Assembly: GCA_002104945.1 (NCBI GenBank)
Contig: MCFH01000002.1
Span: forward strand, 806,001 to 870,000
Length of the DNA: 64,000 nucleotides
Source of the DNA: Piromyces finnis finn
Taxonomy: Eukaryota; Fungi; Neocallimastigomycota
Reading direction: 5' to 3'
Under the pieces are notes generated by a model. That model saw only the letters and a program-made list of their open reading frames with translations. It did not search any database and was not told the origin of the DNA. The position numbers and the translations under genes are program-made. Of the stretch, positions 56,866 to 64,000 are shown piece by piece. Within the stretch, counting starts at the first letter, position 1. Each line of letters starts with the position of its first letter.

Positions 56866-59800
56866 TGATTAACATTTATTTTTGAACCTTTTTTTTTAAT
56901 ATTTTATCACGCACTATCACATTATTTTATTACAAATCAACATAAATATATTTATACATTTAAATTAATGTAACCAAATAATTTAAATTTTAATAACCGT
57001 AAAATATCTCCCACACTTTTAAAATCAGTATACTAATTCCAGAAATATGTTGACTATTTTCCATGTTTAAGTGGTTTGACCTTTTATATAAAAATTCCAT
57101 AATTTATATAAAAGTTTAATATATAAGAACGAATAGTTTTCACTTATAAAATGTATATGTATATTATTATAATAAGAAAAATCTTTTTTAAAAAAAAATA
57201 AAAAGAACAACTTATGGGGATTTTATTTTAAACTGTAAGCATCCAATAAAATACAATAAAATAAAATTTTTAAATAATAATATTACGATTAAAGAATGAG
57301 AAGAAAAAAAAAGTTACATATATTAAAGAAAAACACTTTTCCTTTTTACTTTAATGATAAAATAATAATTGTTTAAATAAGAGTTGCGCTATACAATTTT
57401 ATTATAAATAAAAGACATAAATATATCAATATATCAATAATCTTAAATAATTATAATTTTTATAATTTAAATACTAAAATTAATATATGCAAATGAAGAA
57501 TTTAACCAATAATTAACAAAAAAATGATATAAATTTTTATAATTATTTAATAGTTATAAATAGGGATTATGTTCTTTAGAATGTTTCTATAGAGTTATAA
57601 TAAATATTATTTTATTAAAAAATATTTATATATTTAATATAATATTTAATGATGCTAATTATAAATAGTAATTAATTATAATTTCATTATTAATTTGGTG
57701 ATTTTTTAAAAAAATATAGCATTAAAATAAATAAATAATAATAAATAAAATTATTTATAAAATAATAAAAGCATATCCTTATATCAAACTACACAACTAT
57801 TTATTCATTTTTTCATTGATGCTTCTTTTTTTCCTTTCATTCGATATTAATATTTTAATATCTATAGTGTATTAGTTTTCGTAAATTTCATTGGTAAAAA
57901 TTAAAATTTTAAAATATTAATATAATAAAAACTAAATATTAATAATTTCAACAATTTTTGGTACTTATATTAAAAAAGGTTTCATTTGAATTAATATATA
58001 ATATCATATATTATAATAATTAAATAATATATGTTATTAATGATCAACAAAAAAAACATCATTTTATCACTTTGCACAATTAAAATTTATTAATTTTAGT
58101 TACATAACAACTTAGGAAGGATTAGGGTAATTAAATACTTATTACATCAAAGAAAAATAATTAACCTTTATAACAAGATTTTAAAAAACAAATGTTGTTT
58201 TTTATTATACTCTAACTTTTCATTATAATTTATCATTACCATTACATATACAACTATTATTATGATATATCGAGATGATAAATCCATTTCATACAATTTT
58301 TTCTTTATTTATTTGCATTATTAAAAACAAAGATGTTTGTGTGATGAAATAAAAATGTACTTTATTATAAATTCTATTTTTTTTAGTCTTAATATAATAT
58401 AAAAAATCTTTTTCTTTCTTTTTATAAAACTTTTATATAATGATTGTATTGAATTAAGTATTTACTTTTGAATAAAAAAATTTAATTACAACCGAATATA
58501 TCATATTAAAAAACGTCTAAAAATATTTTTATCATTTATCATTAAATTAAATTCATTAATAAATGTTAAAAGTATAATTTAAGGAAAATTAAAAAAAATC
58601 TTTTTGAATTTATTTTTATCTGTAACAGAATTTATACGTTTTTTTATTGATAAGAAAAGATAAAGTAATAACATACTAAATAAAAAAAAGATATATTATA
58701 ATGAGTATATTTATAAATATGTTTATAACAGTATTATTTGGTATTGTATTATTTATTATAACTCTTTATTTTTATTATGTATAATTATTTAAATAAAGAT
58801 TAGTTTTGCTTAATTTTTAATATACCAATATCTTTTTTTATGGTATCTTTATGTATTTACATTTACCTTTTTTTTTTTAATAAAGAATAATATTGATTCA
58901 CAATATTATTGCATATGAAATTATATTCTGTTGTATATATTTAATTATATTTAATATTATTGGAATATTACAAAAAATATATATTTCTTTTTAAAGAAAT
59001 ACCACATTTTTTTTTTAATTTTTGATTTTTTGAATTTACCTAAAATTAATTTTTATTATTGGGAATAAATATATGGTTAAATTTATCATTGTCAATTCTA
59101 TTTTGAATTACTTTATATAAAATAAAAATATATTGATTTTTATTAACATTTATACAAAACAATAAATTATATAATGCACTGTATAAAATATTAATATATA
59201 TTAATTATTACGGTTTATTATAATAATATATTCCTTCGACTCATAAACATAAGTTTTTAGCGATATATTATTATATTAACTCATAAATCAATATACCAAT
59301 ATATATTAATTTATAAACTGATAAAAAATATCGTTTTAAAATAATTTATTATAATTAAAGTTGAATTATTGCCTTTTAAATAAAATTAAATACATTCCAA
59401 TATATTACTTTAAAATTTAAATATTTAAGATTATATTATCCAATAAATTCTAATATATATTCATATTCAAATTAATATTCAAAATATGTTTTAAATTTTA
59501 AAAAAAATAAATATTAAAATTAAAAATAATAAAAAAATAAACTTAAACAGCATAAATTAAAATCGTATTATTACTAAATATGAATTAAATTATAAAAATA
59601 TATTATTTATTATGCTTCTACATATTATGAATAAATTCAAATAAATTGGGATTTTTTTTTGTAAATTAAATTGAAATATTAAATTTTTTAATATAAATAT
59701 AAAAAGAAAGTTTGTTAAAAAAAAAAAAAATTAAATAAAATATTTACCATTTTTATTTTAATTATATCTATTTAAGCATTTAACAAGATGTAAGTGTTTG

Positions 59801-60583
59801 TATAAGAAAAACTAAAATGTCTCTAGAAAATTTTAATTTAAAAGAGTAGTAGAAAAAAATCCTAAAATAATTAAAAAAAAAGTGCTAAAAGTATAATTAT
59901 TCACAAATTAATGAATTCATATTGGATATAAAATTGTAAAATAATTAATTCATATAAGTATTAATATAACAATAATAAATGATAAATAAAAGTCAATAAA
60001 AATATTTCCATAAGAAACCATTCTTAGTATTCATAACGCAATGCATCAAAAAACAAGAGAAAAAAAAGGAAAAATAAGTATTTAAAATAATAAAATTAAA
60101 TAAATATAATACAATACGAAATAAATAACAAGCAATAGTATTCATAAATGTAATTATTCATAATTAATTAATAATTAAACTGGATAATAGAATTGCAATA
60201 AATAGTACTTTTAAAAATAAAAAGTAATGATAGATATTAATATTATATTGAAATATTATAAAGTAATAAAGTATGTTTATTATTTTCAATGATAAGAAAT
60301 TAAATGATTATAAAATATAGTAACTATAAAATAAATTTATTTGTCATTTGTTAAATAATATATATATGCTGTAATTAAATTTTTCATATTTTAATTTATA
60401 TTTTTTTCTATAAATTATTATTATAATATTAATTTTTTATATATTTTAAATGTTTTATAAATATTATATATTAAATTAAATAATACTTTATTTATAATAA
60501 TATATATGTATAAAAAAAAAAAAAAAAAAATGAAAAATATAAATACTTTTTTTTCGTTTGATACTATGTAGTATTAATTAAAA

Positions 60584-62451
60584 ATGATAATTCCAAAAGT
60601 TAATATTAAAAACATATTATCATCAGAAAGTTCAAATAGCGAAAAGACAAAAGATGTAAGTGCAAAAGAGCAAGAAAAATCTAGTTCTTCGCCAAAAGAA
60701 TTTAATAAAGAAGAATGTTTAAATAATCTTTGGATAGAGCTTATTACTATTTTATTTGATGAAAACCCAAAAACTACTATAAAAGAATTAATGTCATCAA
60801 AGAAATATAGTAATCAATCATATATAGAAAGAAGCACTACAGAAGAAATAAGAAAAAAAGAAAATAGTGAAGAATCTATTAGTGAAGTATCAGAAACATC
60901 AGTAAGTGGTAGTACAAAGAAAAGTAAATTTAGAATTGGTGGAAATCATAGTCGTTCAAATAGTGCTAATAATAATAATGTACAAAAAAAGAATGCTAAA
61001 AAGGAACTTACTAACGAACCGGAAAACTTTACAGAAGAAGATGAGGTTATATTTAATAATAGTGAAGATAATGTAGATACTAATGCTGTTATTAATCTAG
61101 ATTCTAAAGAGTTTAAACAAAAAATTTGGGAATGCTTATTCTGGAGTGCTGGTATTGAAGGACTTGATACTCTTCTTTTAAGATTTATTGTTGCTAGGTA
61201 AGAGAAAAAAAATCAATGATTTATAATATTTTTATTAAAAAAGAAAAATATTAGAAAATATTATATAATTAATATAATTAATAGTTATCAATCATATAAT
61301 GTTTATACTTTTTTATTTAATTAAATTAATAATTATATATATTTATAAATCAATATATAAAGAAAAGGAAAAGTTAATGAGGCTTTAAAAATGTTATTAA
61401 ATGCATTAATTTGGAGAGTAACATATGATATTGAAGGTCTATGCAAGAAAGGTGAAAGAATAATTGCTGAAGAAGAATTTTCATGTGGAAAAGTTTATTT
61501 CTATAAATTTGATAAAGAAGGTAGATTTGTTACATATATTCATGTTAGTAAGCATATAAAAGAAGTTAGACCACAAATTGAAACTGAAAAAATGACGATT
61601 CTTTCAATGGAAACTGTAAGATTAATTTTAAATAAAGAAACCCCAACAGCTTGCATGGTCTTTGATATGAGTGGTTTCTCTATGCAAAATATGGTAAGTA
61701 TTATAGTTTAATATTAAATAATATATATTTAATATGTTTAATATCAATTTAATTAATTAAAAATTTTTAAATTTAAATAAATGAACAATTTTAATATTTA
61801 TAATTTTAGGATTATGGCTTTATTAGATTCCTTTTAAATTGTTTTCAAAATTACTATCCAGAAATGTTGGGTGTTGCTTTAATTGTTGGAGCTCCATGGA
61901 TTTTCCATGGTTGTTGGAAAATTATTAAGCAATTATTAGATCCAGTTGTTGCTAATAAGGTTCAATTCATTAAAGACAAGGATGAAATTAAGAATTATAT
62001 TGATGAATCTGAAATCCCTGAATGTCTTGGTGGTACAAATAGTTATAATTTCAAATATATGCCATATAATGAAGAAGACGATGTTAATGCTTCTGAAGAA
62101 GAAATTGCAGTTGCAAAAAGAAATTGGGATATTGCAAAAAATGAATATATTAAAGAAATATATGAACATTATGGTTCTCAAATTAATGTTAAATTAAATG
62201 ATTTATTATTTAAAATTAATGATAAAGGAAATGATTGTAATGAAATAAAAAACATTAATGATATTATTGAAAATGAAAATTCTAATTCACCATCATCATA
62301 CTCAGCTCCATCTTCTGCTAGTGGAGATGATAGTTTTGGAAATTCTATTATAAGACAAAATGAAAAGAACCTTTATAATGCATTTGTAGAATATGATAAG
62401 CTTACAAGATCAAGAACATTTTATCATCGTGCAGGTTTTACTCACTATTAA
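60584..62451 (+). CDS. CRAL-TRIO (Sec14-like, Csr1/Sfh-type) lipid-binding protein; 3 exons, about 528 aa
   Basis: Exons 60584-61197, 61363-61693, 61810-62451 join in frame (1587 nt). DTLLLRFIVARK...ALKMLLNALIWR, DKEGRFVTYIHV, VFDMSGFSMQNMDY, FQNYYPEMLG, APWIFHGCWKIIK..LDPVVANKVQF, IPECLGG. Confidence 0.92.
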
Positions 62452-63473
62452 GCAAATTTAATATAAAAGAGATTTTTGTGAAAAATGTTTAATATATATA
62501 TATATATCAATTATTTCAATTATTAATTTTAAAAATATAGATTAGTAAAAACAGTTTATAAATAAATAATTAAATAATTTATTTATTTATTTATATGTTC
62601 ATTAATATACCTATATACTTAATCTACTTTTTTTTTTTGTTTAAAAACAAAAACAAAAACAAAAACAAAAAACAAAAAAAAAAAAAATATAAAAAGAATA
62701 TATATTTCTTTTTATGAAAATACCTACCTCTCAATAGCATCTTTTTTTTTCTTTTTTTCTTCTTTTCTGTATCTTAATATTAAAAATAATTGATATATGA
62801 AATATTTAAAGTAAAACCTACTCTTTTTTTTTTTTTTTTACTAATATATTTTTATTCTGTATTTTTTAATTATAATTAATTATTTTTTTAATAAAATTAT
62901 ACATATATCTTTTTTATTAATTTATATATCATCGTTTAGTATATTATTATAATTATTATTATTATTATTATTATTATTATTTCTAAATATATATAGAAAA
63001 AGTAATTTGTAAATAATTAATCAAATAATTTAGATATATCTTTTTTTTTTTTTTATTTTTTAATTTTTATTTCATTTTTAAATTGACTATATAAAATTAA
63101 TAATAATACATATAAAAATAAATATGGATGCTTTATGATTTATTCAAGGTTAAAATTAATTCTATATATATAGAATTCATTCTACTTTAAATGTAAAAAA
63201 CAGCTAGAAACTATGTTGGATTAAATTTCTTACTTCTTTATAATTAGAAAAAAAAAAAAAAAAGTATATATATGCATGTAAATTTATTATTCTTTTTTAA
63301 AATATAAATACATTTTGTTCAGTTGAGATTTAATAGTTGAAAAATTAATTATTATTATTACATTAAAAAAAAAAAAAAAAAATTAGATTATAAATATATA
63401 TATATATATATATATATAAATAAGTATTATTTGTGAATATTTATTTATTTATTATTATTATTATTATTTTTTT

Positions 63474-64000
63474 TTAGGATAATGAATCATCGATATGGTT
63501 GACTTCAGACGAAGAAGGATTTATATTTGCATGAGAAATAGCAGTATTAATATTATCTTCTTCTTCACCTTCTTTTTCTTTCATTTCAATATCTTGTCCA
63601 TTTGATGGATGACTTGTATTATAACTAGAATTATTAGAAGAAGAATCATGTGATATTAATTTCATAAATTGATAATTTTTATTCTCACTTTCTCCTCCGG
63701 ATGGATGAGAAGAAGATGAGGATTTACTCAAGCTATTTTGAATAAACTCATCTTCTAAATTTTGTAATCCTTCTCCATAATCTAGGACTTCAAACCAAGT
63801 TTTAATGTTATTACCAGTACCTCGTTGGAAAGCACAGACTAAACGACGTTCATCAATTTCAATTTTCCAGACACATTGAATACCCGTAACTAAATCACGT
63901 TTATAGGTACCATAGGTTGTCTTTGTACTAACTCCACCAGTTTCAGTTGTTGTGACTGATGTACCTGGACGCTTATTAAGACGTTCATCAGAGGAGAGTT
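63474..64000 (-). CDS. CDC4: 3' end of a Cdc4/Fbw7/Pop-type F-box WD40 protein (partial; runs off the window end)
   Basis: Open frame from 63998 to the stop at 63476-63474: YKRDLVTGIQCVWKIEIDERRLVCAFQRGTGNNIKTWFEVLDY resembles the last blade of Cdc4-family proteins (RDLL...VW....ERR.V.AVQR...T..EVLDF), followed by an S/N/E-rich tail. The F-box is not visible in this window. Confidence 0.65.
   Translation of the reverse strand, partial: LSSDERLNKRPGTSVTTTETGGVSTKTTYGTYKRDLVTGIQCVWKIEIDERRLVCAFQRGTGNNIKTWFEVLDYGEGLQNLEDEFIQNSLSKSSSSSHPSGGESENKNYQFMKLISHDSSSNNSSYNTSHPSNGQDIEMKEKEGEEEDNINTAISHANINPSSSEVNHIDDSLS

Overview
Extremely AT-rich, intron-containing eukaryotic DNA. Composition, long (ATT)n tracts and gene content suggest an anaerobic gut fungus (Neocallimastigomycota); this is inferred, not searched. 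Eight protein-coding genes were modelled by hand: glycogen synthase (-), an ankyrin-repeat protein with 15 NDYR repeats (+), a 2.4-kaa Uds1-domain coiled-coil protein with nested tandem repeats (-), a 59-aa Pmp3-family proteolipid missed by the ORF track (-), prefoldin subunit 3 (-), a UBE2T-like E2 with a long tail (-), a CRAL-TRIO/Sec14-like protein (+) and the 3' end of a Cdc4/Fbw7-like WD40 protein (-). Mobile DNA comprises an intact Ty1/copia element (identical 230-bp LTRs, GTCTT target-site duplication) and a decayed APE/RT LINE. The most interesting signals are three. (1) The copia PBS is complementary to a tRNA-Lys(CUU) anticodon stem-loop, implying priming by a tRNA-Lys 5' half. (2) Bases 1-361 form a near-continuous chain of hairpins with a 124-bp duplication and minus-strand G-U polarity. 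(3) That structured segment shares an exact 24-mer with the LINE ORF end 11.2 kb away, so the two copies flank the glycogen synthase locus as a direct repeat.
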